Below, in pieces: positions 1-9,042 of a DNA stretch of 64,000 nucleotides. Below the pieces are notes generated by a model that worked only from the letters and a program-made list of their open reading frames with translations, was not told where the DNA came from and ran no database searches. A program made the translations under genes and the position numbers. Within the stretch, counting starts at the first letter, position 1, and each line of letters starts with the position of its first letter. The stretch is from an uncultured Oscillospiraceae bacterium (GTDB lineage Bacteria > Bacillota > Clostridia > Oscillospirales > Ruminococcaceae). The stretch lies in assembly GCA_964369645.1 (NCBI GenBank), contig CAYJFO010000001.1:703-64702 (forward strand), in the 5' to 3' direction.

Positions 1-33
1 ATTTACCCATTGTTTTCTCCTTAATTTTAATTG

Positions 34-2154
34 TTATTTATGTTCGGGATCTAAATCAAAATTAGATTTAGATTTAATATTGTTTTTATATTCGTCTCTG
101 ACAGCTTGTTTATTCTTTTTATCCTTATACATCATCTCGTCAGCCACAAGTAACACCTTGTCAAACGTGTCGCCATCGTTTGGATATATTGCATAACCTA
201 TGCTTGTTTCAATCTCAACCGTGATATCATCGATCTTAAACTTGGGCAACACCGACCATTCAAGTCGAGCAACTAAGTTAATTATTTCGTTTGTATCTAC
301 TGTATCTTTAACAATAATAATAAATTCATCGCCGCCTATGCGAATAAACATATCCTTTTCACGCACTATCTGTTTAATTCGTTTGGTGAAATAAACCAAA
401 AGTCTGTCACCAACTTCGTGGCCATATATATCATTAATCTCTTTAAATTTATCAAGATCAAGATACAACACCGCGTATCTATCCGTGCTGCTATTTAATT
501 GTTCTAAGATAGCATCAAGTTTTTTGCGGTTGTATATTTCGGTTAATTGGTCTTTGAAAACCTCTTCATTAAGCAAAACTATTTGATTTTCTTTTCTAAT
601 GTAATAATATCCAACACCACCCATTAAAATCAACATAGGAATCAAAATTACATACCAAAACTCGTCTAAAAACGTTCTAAAAAGATATTTCGGGTTAAAC
701 TCTGCCATCGCGGAAAGTTCAATATCCTTTATCATTCCGTCCGAAATATTATAAAGCACAGTTTCAAAAGCAGGCATAACCTCTTGTTCAATATCTTTCG
801 AAACTAATATTTTAAGCGGAAACTGCATACTTGAACCATAAACATAATTGTCGTTTTTCCCAATTGCGGTTATCACAAACTCAAACAATGTTTCGCAAAA
901 GATAAGTGTATCAATTTTTCCGGTTTGGTATGCAACAAGACTTTGTTCAAAGCTGTCAAATTTAATTATTTCAGCATCGGGAAATTCTTTGTAAACTTCA
1001 TTGTAGTCAAACGAAACGTAATGTGATATCCCTATTTTTTCAGCCGAGTCTCTCGCTTCCTTTTCTATAGAATGTTCAGAAATATACACCATATCGATAT
1101 AGTGGAAGCTGTTTGAAAAGATATAATCTTGATAGAAGTCTTCTGGGGTTCCGGCAACCGACAAAACTATATCAAAATCATTTTTCTCGCTCAAATGATC
1201 ATACGCTTGGTATTCGACATCAAATCCATATTGCCCAGCGAGATGGTTAAAGATATCAATGCATATACCATCGGCTTGTCCAGCATCGTTTGTAAAATGG
1301 TATGGTTGAAAATCGTTTAAATACCCAACCTTGAACTTAGAATTTACCAAACTTTCTTGTTCTTTACTGCTTAAACCTCTTGAAAACAAAGGATGGTTTT
1401 CGCCAAAATAACTATCATACAGATTGTATAAGCTTATTGCGCTACATTGGGATGTATTTTCAATCGCTGCGTCAAGCCGTGCAATCAGTTGTTGGTCACC
1501 ACTTATCGAAGAAAAAAGCATCTCTTCATATCCAAGATTTAAAACAAGTTGAAAACCGGTTGTAACATTGTTGTTTAAAGAAGACACCAAAAAGAAATCG
1601 GCTTGTTTTGTAGTATAATCAAAACTAGTTCCGTATGTATATTTAAACTCAAAATTGTTTTTGTCTGCATATTCTTCAAAAAGCGAATTCGCAATGTTTC
1701 CGCTAAACGTTGCAACCGTTTTTCCCTCAAACGCCAAAGGGTCGGCATAGTTTAGTGCTTGTTCATCCCTTGCAACAACCATAATGCGCATTAGGCCAAT
1801 AGAATTTTCGGTGTACAGATAGTTTTTATCTGGATCATCAACCAGATACGTTGGACCATAGATATCAAATTCTTGATTGTCAACGGCATCAAAAAAATTG
1901 TCCGGACTATATTCGATAAATTCAAATTTTAAGTCAGAATAATACTCGGTATTTTTCAAGTAGTCATAACCATAACCAATTGTAGACGACGAAGTTGGGT
2001 CGTTTATCATTCCATAATTTTTAACATAACCGACCTTAATAACTTGATCGTCTGAAAAATTTTGCGCACTGGCAACCGACATAGACAAAAAGACAGAAAT
2101 TGCAATTATTGTAACAAAAACAGATACTTTTTTAAGCAAAATTTCAATCCCCAC
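34..2154 (-). CDS. Membrane sensor diguanylate cyclase: signal peptide, two tandem extracytoplasmic solute-binding (SBP family 3-like) domains, one TM helix, C-terminal GGDEF domain
   Basis: 706-aa ORF. N-terminal hydrophobic signal ends in VASA. TM helix WYVILIPMLILMGGVGYYYI. C-terminus has LDLDKFKEINDIYGHEVGD and an intact RIGGDEF, with an RxxD I-site (REKD) five residues upstream. Confidence 0.85.
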   Translation of the reverse strand: MGIEILLKKVSVFVTIIAISVFLSMSVASAQNFSDDQVIKVGYVKNYGMINDPTSSSTIGYGYDYLKNTEYYSDLKFEFIEYSPDNFFDAVDNQEFDIYGPTYLVDDPDKNYLYTENSIGLMRIMVVARDEQALNYADPLAFEGKTVATFSGNIANSLFEEYADKNNFEFKYTYGTSFDYTTKQADFFLVSSLNNNVTTGFQLVLNLGYEEMLFSSISGDQQLIARLDAAIENTSQCSAISLYNLYDSYFGENHPLFSRGLSSKEQESLVNSKFKVGYLNDFQPYHFTNDAGQADGICIDIFNHLAGQYGFDVEYQAYDHLSEKNDFDIVLSVAGTPEDFYQDYIFSNSFHYIDMVYISEHSIEKEARDSAEKIGISHYVSFDYNEVYKEFPDAEIIKFDSFEQSLVAYQTGKIDTLIFCETLFEFVITAIGKNDNYVYGSSMQFPLKILVSKDIEQEVMPAFETVLYNISDGMIKDIELSAMAEFNPKYLFRTFLDEFWYVILIPMLILMGGVGYYYIRKENQIVLLNEEVFKDQLTEIYNRKKLDAILEQLNSSTDRYAVLYLDLDKFKEINDIYGHEVGDRLLVYFTKRIKQIVREKDMFIRIGGDEFIIIVKDTVDTNEIINLVARLEWSVLPKFKIDDITVEIETSIGYAIYPNDGDTFDKVLLVADEMMYKDKKNKQAVRDEYKNNIKSKSNFDLDPEHK

Positions 2155-2344
2155 AAATTTATAATAAAATTAAAATCATTGAATGTTATTATATCATTAT
2201 TTAAATATAAGTATCAATAATAATTTTTGAATATTCAAGCTTTATAATGTTAATATTTGTATCATTATTTTGTATTTAAACCCAGCTATGCGGATTTTCT
2301 GTTTACAGATATTTTAAAGGGTTATTTAACGTATTTTCTTTTTT

Positions 2345-2372
2345 CTCTTTCTCCGCCAATAAAAAAGCACCC
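2345..2372 (+). repeat. Inverted copy of the last 14 nt of tRNA-Ser plus 14 nt of its trailer
   Basis: CTCTTTCTCCGCCAATAAAAAAGCACCC on the + strand is identical 28/28 to the minus-strand reading of 2521..2548. Confidence 0.9.
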
Positions 2373-2390
2373 TTTGTAGAGTGCTTTTTT
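2361..2390 (-). terminator. Rho-independent terminator (second of two in tandem downstream of tRNA-Ser)
   Basis: The minus strand reads A6-GCACTC-TACAAA-GGGTGC-T6, a 6-bp stem including one G.U pair, followed by a U-run. Confidence 0.5.
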
Positions 2391-2502
2391 ATACTTTCTT
2401 TATGGTATTCGCTTTTCTGCGGAAAAGCCACGCCGGTTAAAACAGTCCACCGGGCTGTTTTCAAGAGCCGGCTTGCGAACCCTTTTTCTCTTTTACGCCA
2501 AT

Positions 2503-2532
2503 AAAAAAACACCCTTAACTGGGTGCTTTTTT
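2503..2532 (-). terminator. Rho-independent terminator immediately 3-prime of tRNA-Ser, usable in both directions
   Basis: The minus strand reads A6-GCACCC-AGTTAA-GGGTGT-T7. It is flanked by an extended imperfect palindrome that includes the tRNA 3-prime end. Confidence 0.65.
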
Positions 2533-2534
2533 AT

Positions 2535-2627
2535 TGGCGGAGAAAGAGGGATTCGAACCCTCGCGGCAGTTACCCACCCTACGCCCTTAGCAGGGGCGCC
2601 TCTTCGACCAAGCTTGAGTATTTCTCC
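2535..2627 (-). tRNA. tRNA-Ser (anticodon GCU), class II with long variable arm, CCA encoded
   Basis: The reverse complement reads GGAGAAA-TA-CTC..GAG-G-CGCCC-CTGCTAA-GGGCG-long variable arm-GAGGG-TTCGAAT-CCCTC-TTTCTCC-G-CCA. All four stems pair. Confidence 0.93.
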
Positions 2628-2670
2628 ACGGTCAAAGTCATTCGATTTATTTTTTTTTCACAGTAAGAGT

Positions 2671-2679
2671 ATTATATCA
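2671..2679 (-). promoter_or_regulatory. Extended -10 element (TGATATAAT) likely driving tRNA-Ser
   Basis: The reverse complement of 2671..2679 is TGATATAAT, about 45 nt upstream of the tRNA 5-prime end. Confidence 0.4.
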
Positions 2680-2727
2680 AAAAACGCATATAAACACAAC
2701 AGTTTTTTTATAAAAAATTATTTTTTT

Positions 2728-3696
2728 TTAAAACGTCATCGTGTCTAGATATTCTTGATATCGTTGTTGGATTATCCTATTACTTTCTATCTCAATAAGT
2801 TTCATCTCAAAATCCCTAAGCTCTTTGTGTCGCAAGACGTCAAGAATTAGTCCGGCAAAAAAAGATTGGATAGCCGCAAGCGCAAGGAATCCACTCGCAA
2901 TCAATGTCGGAAACTTTGGAACTAAACCTGTTTTTACATACTCGATTAAAACAGGGGTAAAAAATGCCACCGCTACAACAAGCATAACAAAAGCTATCAA
3001 TCCGAAAAAAGCTAACGGTCGATAGTTTTTATATAAGTTGCCGATAGTTTTCAAGACCTTAATCCCGTCCGAAACGGTATTAAGTTTAGATTCGCTACCC
3101 TGTGGCCTGTCGCGATAGTCAACTATTATATTTTCTATATTCATATTTTTGTCAACCGCGTGTATCGTCATCTCGGTTTCTATTTCAAACCCTTTTGAAA
3201 TAACGGGAAACGACTTAACAAATTGATAGCTAAACCCACGATACCCCGTCATAACATCTTTAATTTCGTTGTTAAATAGTTTATTGATAAACTGTCTAAC
3301 AGCTTTGTTCCCCGAATTGTGGAACAGACGCTTGTTTTCGGTGAAATAGGTAGACGAAAGCCGGTCAGCTATTACCATGTCAATTTGTTTTTCCAACACC
3401 AACTCGACTATTTTGGGCGCATTCTCTGCGGGATATGTGTCGTCACCGTCTATCATTATGTAACATTCTGCGTTAATCTCACGAAACATTCTGCGAATAA
3501 CATTGCCTTTGCCTTGTAAACGCTCGAATCGAACAACCGCGCCCGCTTCTTTCGCTATTTTAGCCGAATCGTCGGTCGAGTTGTTGTCATATACATAAAC
3601 AGTCGCAGACGGCAACGCCGCCATGCAGTCGCCGACAACTTTTGCAATCGTCTTTTCTTCGTTATAACAAGGTATTAAAACCGCAACTTTATCCAT
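2728..3696 (-). CDS. Family 2 glycosyltransferase with two C-terminal TM helices (GtrB/CsbB-type polyprenyl-phosphate sugar transferase)
   Basis: VAVLIPCYNEEKTI, YDNNSTDDS and IDGDD motifs, with C-terminal helices FFGLIAFVMLVVAVAFF and TLIASGFLALAAIQSFFAGLIL. Start moved to the ATG at 3696 (MDKVAV), which has a GAAAGGA SD upstream. Confidence 0.8.
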   Translation of the reverse strand: MDKVAVLIPCYNEEKTIAKVVGDCMAALPSATVYVYDNNSTDDSAKIAKEAGAVVRFERLQGKGNVIRRMFREINAECYIMIDGDDTYPAENAPKIVELVLEKQIDMVIADRLSSTYFTENKRLFHNSGNKAVRQFINKLFNNEIKDVMTGYRGFSYQFVKSFPVISKGFEIETEMTIHAVDKNMNIENIIVDYRDRPQGSESKLNTVSDGIKVLKTIGNLYKNYRPLAFFGLIAFVMLVVAVAFFTPVLIEYVKTGLVPKFPTLIASGFLALAAIQSFFAGLILDVLRHKELRDFEMKLIEIESNRIIQQRYQEYLDTMTF

Positions 3697-3847
3697 TATA
3701 ATGATAGTCCTTTCTTTGGTGTGAAACATTGTTTCACATTAGCCCCAACATTTTGGCACATTTTATCAAGGTTAATTTAAGTTACAATAGTTGAAATTAC
3801 AAAACTTCTAGTATAAAAACTAATCAAATATACTAACACTAACCGAC

Positions 3848-5014
3848 TTATTTATCCTTTTCAATTTCCTTTTTGTCAATGTCGATACCAACATCTTTTG
3901 CAACCTTTTCAAGGTCGTCCGACGCCTTGTCAAGCGTCTCAACATATTCTTTTGCCGCCTTTTCTATCTTCTCTTGATTCTCTTTTTCAAGCTGTTTTTG
4001 CTGTTGTTCTCTTTGCTTTTCTTTTTGCTCAATCTCTTTTTCGGCTTCTTTTATCTTTTTGTTGGTTTTTTCAAGTTTTTTGTTCTCTCTTTCCTGTTCA
4101 AACTTCAAAAGTAAAAGCTTAGCTTCGTCCGTCTTTCCAAACGGCATCATATAATCGACGTCTGTTTTTCGTTTAGTTTGAATCTTTTTGCGAATTACTA
4201 TAATCGCCATAAGCGAAACAACAAACCCAGCAAGCGCCAACAACTGGGACACCCTTATCGAGCCTATATACAAACTATCGGTTCTAAGTCCTTCGATAAA
4301 AAATCTTCCAAAACCATTCCATGCAAGGTAAATAAGGAATATCTCGCCGTCGAACTTGCGTCTGTTTGCGTAAAACAATACAAACAAAAATCCTATAGCA
4401 CACCAAAGTGATTCATATAAAAAAGTTGGGTGAACCGGAAGCATTGGATCGACCATTATACCTTTTTCCACCAAATCAGCCATACTGTTTTGCAGATAGA
4501 AAGTTGTGACGTCGCTTTTCATTCCCCACGGAAGCGTCGTGTTTATTCCAAACGCCTCTTGATTGATAAAGTTTCCCCATCTTCCAATAGCTTGTCCGAT
4601 TAAAAATCCACCCGAAGCAACGTCAAGTGCCGGCAAAAACTTAACCTTTCTTAACGGACACATAAAGATTGTCGAAACAACTGCAAAGATAACGGTGCCG
4701 TAAAACGCAAGACCGCCTTTTCTAAAATTAAATATCTCGACGATGCTGTCGAATTCTCCGGGCGCTGCAAACACAAAATAGTATACCCTTGCGCCGATAA
4801 TTCCGGCAATTGCTCCGACCAATATAACGTCGAGCAACCTGTCGCTGTCTATACCAAATTTTTTTGCGTTTAACGTTGCATATACCATTCCGAGAAGCAA
4901 CCCCAAACCAATCAAAATTCCGTACCAATATATATCAAATCCGCCTATCGACAACGCAACCCTGTTAACCGTAATCTCAAGACCGATTCCCGGAAAGCTT
5001 ACTAGCACATCCAT
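3848..5014 (-). CDS. lgt: Prolipoprotein diacylglyceryl transferase with ~100-aa K/E-rich C-terminal extension
   Basis: YWYGILIGLG, GRWGNFINQEAFG and HPTFLYESLW signatures and multiple TM helices. The last ~100 aa are a charged coiled-coil-like tail. Confidence 0.9.
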   Translation of the reverse strand: MDVLVSFPGIGLEITVNRVALSIGGFDIYWYGILIGLGLLLGMVYATLNAKKFGIDSDRLLDVILVGAIAGIIGARVYYFVFAAPGEFDSIVEIFNFRKGGLAFYGTVIFAVVSTIFMCPLRKVKFLPALDVASGGFLIGQAIGRWGNFINQEAFGINTTLPWGMKSDVTTFYLQNSMADLVEKGIMVDPMLPVHPTFLYESLWCAIGFLFVLFYANRRKFDGEIFLIYLAWNGFGRFFIEGLRTDSLYIGSIRVSQLLALAGFVVSLMAIIVIRKKIQTKRKTDVDYMMPFGKTDEAKLLLLKFEQERENKKLEKTNKKIKEAEKEIEQKEKQREQQQKQLEKENQEKIEKAAKEYVETLDKASDDLEKVAKDVGIDIDKKEIEKDK

Positions 5015-5015
5015 T

Positions 5016-6335
5016 TTACTCTACCCCTTTTTCTTGTTTTGGCAAAACTACCGCCGTCGCAGAAAATTCATCTATTAATATCTCTTGCAAAACTTTTTCG
5101 GTATATTCTATCGAAATATCTTTTGCTTGTTCGAGATAATCATACGCACAAACGCCTTTAAAATGTGAGTAGACAAGGTTTGTAGCAACCTCTTCAACAC
5201 TGTCGAAATCTATTATCGTGTCGCCAATTAAAGCGCGCTTTGATTCCAAAAATCTTTGCTCGTCTATTCCATTATTTTTAAAAGTCTTGATCTCTTTTTT
5301 TATAAGTTCAATTGCTTTATACGGGTCTTCCGATTCAGAAGAAAATGTTGTACAAAGAAACCCTCTGCCCTCTATCGCCTCGGTCGAGAGTGGGCCATTT
5401 ATAAGCCCGTTGTCGTATAATTCGCGGAAAAGCTCGCTTGTTTCGCCCGCAATTATATCGAGAATAATCTCAATTGCAATAGATTTCTTTAACTCTTGTT
5501 TTTCGCCACACATAGGTTTTTCCTTAAAACCTAAACAAAACATAGGCGACGAGATATCAAGCTTTTGTTCAAACTCACCCTGAAAAATTTCGCGAGGCTC
5601 ATCTACCACAAGATACTCAACCTTGCTGTCAAAAGTTTTTATGATATCTTTTTTTGACTCTACAAGTTCGAAAACGCTTTCAGGGTCGATGTTGCCAGCA
5701 ACCGCTAGCACCATGTTTTCGGGGCGATAATACGCCTCGTAGCATTCGAACAATGTGTCTTTTGTTATATCCGCTATCGTTTCAACCGTTCCGGCTATAT
5801 CGTCTCTAACGGTGTGGTTAACATAAAGCGACTGTAACAGTCCAAACAACATAACCCACGGCGCAGCGTCAAGATACATCTTAATCTCTTGACCTATAAT
5901 TCCCTGTTCTTTTTCAACCGTTTCTTTTGTAAAATATGGTTCGTTTACAAAATCGATTAAAGAACTTAACGATTCAAGTTGGTTAGCCGATGCCGAAAAA
6001 AGATAACAGGTCTTGTCAAACGATGTGAACGCATTTGCTGAAGCTCCCGTTTTCGCAAACAATGTGAACGCGTCACCTTTTTCGCTTTCAAAAAGCTTAT
6101 GTTCTAGAAAATGTGCAATCCCCGCCGGAACCTCAATCTTTTTTCCGTCAAGTTTAAACGTTCGGTCGACAGAACCAATCTTCGCCCCATAAAGCGCATA
6201 GACCGACGACTTATCCGGCATAGGGTAGACCACAACGGCAAGTCCGTTATCAAACGTTTTTTTATAATAACTTTCAAGCAAAATTTCATTTTGCTGCAAA
6301 ATCTTATCTGTAGCTTTATTCATATTTATGACCAT
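5016..6335 (-). CDS. M16 (pitrilysin/insulinase) family zinc peptidase, YmfH-like active subunit
   Basis: HFLEHKLFE (HxxEH zinc site) near the N-terminus. ~430 aa, paired with a second M16 ORF. Confidence 0.8.
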   Translation of the reverse strand: MVINMNKATDKILQQNEILLESYYKKTFDNGLAVVVYPMPDKSSVYALYGAKIGSVDRTFKLDGKKIEVPAGIAHFLEHKLFESEKGDAFTLFAKTGASANAFTSFDKTCYLFSASANQLESLSSLIDFVNEPYFTKETVEKEQGIIGQEIKMYLDAAPWVMLFGLLQSLYVNHTVRDDIAGTVETIADITKDTLFECYEAYYRPENMVLAVAGNIDPESVFELVESKKDIIKTFDSKVEYLVVDEPREIFQGEFEQKLDISSPMFCLGFKEKPMCGEKQELKKSIAIEIILDIIAGETSELFRELYDNGLINGPLSTEAIEGRGFLCTTFSSESEDPYKAIELIKKEIKTFKNNGIDEQRFLESKRALIGDTIIDFDSVEEVATNLVYSHFKGVCAYDYLEQAKDISIEYTEKVLQEILIDEFSATAVVLPKQEKGVE

Positions 6336-6446
6336 TCCTTTTTAGTTTTGTGCAGCTTTTTCACGTAAATTATTAAAGCGAAAAAGTCTTGCCTATCGTA
6401 TTTGACAAAAGCACAAAACGTTGTTTGAAAATCTTATTTTTCAAAC

Positions 6447-7709
6447 TTAAGACTCTTTTCTTTCAAGCAAGCAAATTACGTTAAGTTTCATAAGCGACAA
6501 GATGTCGGACACCTGCTGTTTTGTCACGTCTAAAATCTTTTGCATCTCTATTTCGGGTTTTACAAACGAACCAAATCTAGTCAAACAACTAAAGTACCAC
6601 CCTATAACGCTTTCCGGAGTGTTTCCTATCATGCGCATAGAGTTTTGGAGCATGAGTTTAACCTCTCGCAGTTCTTTATCGGTTATCTGTTCTTTTATAA
6701 CCTGTTCAAGTTGAAGATTAATAGCGTCGATAGCTTTTTGAACGTTTTCATGTTCAACTCCACTATCCACCGTAAGCGCTCCTGTGTATATGCCGGGGCG
6801 ACTTGCGCAATAGTAACAAAGACTTTGCTTTTCCCTAACGTTGACAAAAAGCCTTGATGTCGGAACTCCGCCATACGCCGCCGACGCAACCTTTAACGCT
6901 ACTTGTTCATCATGATTTAAAAGTCTTCCGGCAGAATAGATCATTGCAAGTTTGTCCTGTTCAATGTCAAACTGTTTGACAACTTTTTTTGGACTTTCGA
7001 CATGGTCTATCGCGCAAAAACCTTTGATCTCTTTCGGACAACGAGTTATACTCGAAAACGCTTTTGCAAATATCTCTTTTACGTTTTTTTCGCTTTTTCC
7101 AACAACAAATATCTCGATTGTTGATGTGTTCAAAAAGCTTTTATATGTTTCGTAAAGAGAGCTTCCAGTTATCTTATCAAGGTCTTCTATATAACCATGA
7201 TTAGGGTTCGACCTCTCGTCGTTTTCAAAAAAAGTTTCCGACGCAAGGTTAAGGCAATATGCCCTTTTTTCATTTATCTCGGAATAGATAACTTCGCGAA
7301 GTTTCTCGCGTTCGATATCTATATATTCCTTTTTAAACTGTTCGTTTTCAACCATCGGATTACAAAGGACATCGATCAAAAATTCCGCTCTTTGCCCGAG
7401 AAGGTCAATATCTTTGCCGACATAACGCTCCTCGACGCCCTCTATCGAAACGCTAAGCGTACGCGAAAAATCAAAGCTTGAAACCGAGGTATAAAGGCTT
7501 GACCCATAAAGCATGTCAAGCTTTCTTCTAAGCATAATTATGTCGGGACACGAAGCCGTTCCTCTTTCAAGAATATATGGCAACAGAGCCGTTTCGGTTA
7601 TATCTTCTCGCGCAAGAGGCTTTCTTAATATAACCGAAATCCTGTTCTTTTTATAGTTGCCTTCTATAAAGGTATAGTAGACACCGTTTGCTATTTGTTC
7701 TCTTATCAT
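6447..7709 (-). CDS. M16 family peptidase-like protein lacking HxxEH (YmfF-like non-catalytic partner)
   Basis: 420 aa with M16 length and layout, directly upstream of the HxxEH-containing paralog. No HxxEH motif seen. Confidence 0.65.
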   Translation of the reverse strand: MIREQIANGVYYTFIEGNYKKNRISVILRKPLAREDITETALLPYILERGTASCPDIIMLRRKLDMLYGSSLYTSVSSFDFSRTLSVSIEGVEERYVGKDIDLLGQRAEFLIDVLCNPMVENEQFKKEYIDIEREKLREVIYSEINEKRAYCLNLASETFFENDERSNPNHGYIEDLDKITGSSLYETYKSFLNTSTIEIFVVGKSEKNVKEIFAKAFSSITRCPKEIKGFCAIDHVESPKKVVKQFDIEQDKLAMIYSAGRLLNHDEQVALKVASAAYGGVPTSRLFVNVREKQSLCYYCASRPGIYTGALTVDSGVEHENVQKAIDAINLQLEQVIKEQITDKELREVKLMLQNSMRMIGNTPESVIGWYFSCLTRFGSFVKPEIEMQKILDVTKQQVSDILSLMKLNVICLLERKES

Positions 7710-7822
7710 TTAATTAACCAATCCTTAAGTTAGATCATCTGTGTTTTGTGGCTAGCTAGAATTTAATACAGTTAGCAACATTTTAAACCAAACAACCCGA
7801 TAAAACCCATTATATTTTATAT

Positions 7823-9025
7823 TTAAAGAATAAATTCGTCGTGTATTGCGTTAACCGCTCTTTCAACATCTTTTTTTGCTATTATAACCGAAATTTTAAT
7901 CTCACTGGTCGAGATCATCGAAATGTTAATCTTCGCTTCGGAAAGCGCCCCAAACATACGAGCCGCAACCCCAACATTAGTTTGAATTCCTGAACCTACT
8001 ATCGAAACCTTTGCAACATCTTTCATGACCTTAACTTCTTTTGCGTTAAGTCCGCTGCTATCTTTCAAAAGCTCCACCGCTTCGTCAACCATGTTAAGCG
8101 GCACGGTTGCGGAGATATCCTGCGTTCCGTCTCTTCCTTCCGATTGAATAATGATATCTGTGTGGATGTTTTTTTGCGCCAAAAGCGAGATGAATTTAAA
8201 CGCAACACCCGGCTGATCCGGAACTCCGATAACCGAAACTGCCGCTATATTTGTGTCTTGGGCGACCCCTTTTACTAATAATCCTTCCATGTTTGTACTC
8301 TCCTTTATTATTGTTCCTGGCATATTTGTTAAGCTTGATAATACTTCAAGGTTTACATGATATTTCTTTGCAAGTTCGACCGAACGGTTGTGAAGAACCT
8401 GTGCGCCTTGTGTCGCAAGTTCAAGCATCTCATCATACGAGATCTCTTTTAATTTAACCGCAGTTTTAACTTTTCTCGGGTCTGCCGTGTAAACCCCGTC
8501 TACGTCGGTGTATATCTTACAAACGTCAGCTCTAAGCGCAACCGCAAGCGCTACCGCGCTTGTGTCGGAACCGCCTCTTCCAAGCGTCGTTATATCATCG
8601 TTTTTGCTGTAACCTTGGAAACCTGTGACAACGACAACGTTTTTGTTTGATATTTCTTGAAGAAGCCTGTCGCCCTCTATGCGCCTTATTCTTGCCATAG
8701 AGTGGTTTTTGTCGGTCAACATTCCCGATTGCCAACCTGTAAGCGAAATCGCGCTCACCCCGAGTTTGTTTATAGCCATAGCCATGAGCGCCGCCGAGGC
8801 TTGTTCCCCCGTTGCAAGAAGCATATCCATCTCGCGCGCCGACGGCCTTTGGTCTATCTGTCCCGCCTTATCGATAAGATCGTCTGTCGTGTCTCCCTGT
8901 GCGGAAACTACAACCGCGACAGAGTTCCCCTCTTTGTACGCATCTGCTATTATTCCGGCAACTCTCATTATTTTTTCGGTGTTTGCAACCGAACTTCCGC
9001 CAAATTTCATTACAATTAAAGACAT
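7823..9025 (-). CDS. lysC: Aspartate kinase
   Basis: MSLIVMKFGGSSV N-terminus, TLGRGGSD motif and two C-terminal ACT-like repeats. The ATG at 9025 is preferred over the GTG at 9043, which overlaps the thrB stop by 1 nt. Confidence 0.9.
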   Translation of the reverse strand: MSLIVMKFGGSSVANTEKIMRVAGIIADAYKEGNSVAVVVSAQGDTTDDLIDKAGQIDQRPSAREMDMLLATGEQASAALMAMAINKLGVSAISLTGWQSGMLTDKNHSMARIRRIEGDRLLQEISNKNVVVVTGFQGYSKNDDITTLGRGGSDTSAVALAVALRADVCKIYTDVDGVYTADPRKVKTAVKLKEISYDEMLELATQGAQVLHNRSVELAKKYHVNLEVLSSLTNMPGTIIKESTNMEGLLVKGVAQDTNIAAVSVIGVPDQPGVAFKFISLLAQKNIHTDIIIQSEGRDGTQDISATVPLNMVDEAVELLKDSSGLNAKEVKVMKDVAKVSIVGSGIQTNVGVAARMFGALSEAKINISMISTSEIKISVIIAKKDVERAVNAIHDEFIL

Positions 9026-9042
9026 TTCTCTACCCGCTTTCA

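Noticed and set aside
2406-2498. tRNA-like sequence on the + strand. It ends in ...CTCTTTTACGCCA, has a possible acceptor pairing GGAAAAG/CTTTTAC, and has a loop containing TTTCAAG (anticodon UCA, which would be Sec or a suppressor).
   Set aside because: No credible T-arm (GGCTTGCGAACCC does not form a 5-bp stem with a TTCGAAT-type loop). The D-arm is aberrant and the anticodon stem needs a bulge. At best it is a decayed relic, and it is treated as part of the inverted-repeat finding instead.
2303-2748. ORFs 2303..2512 (-) and 2473..2748 (+) in the ORF track.
   Set aside because: They run through the tRNA-Ser gene and its terminators, have no SD sites, and have odd composition. They are spurious.
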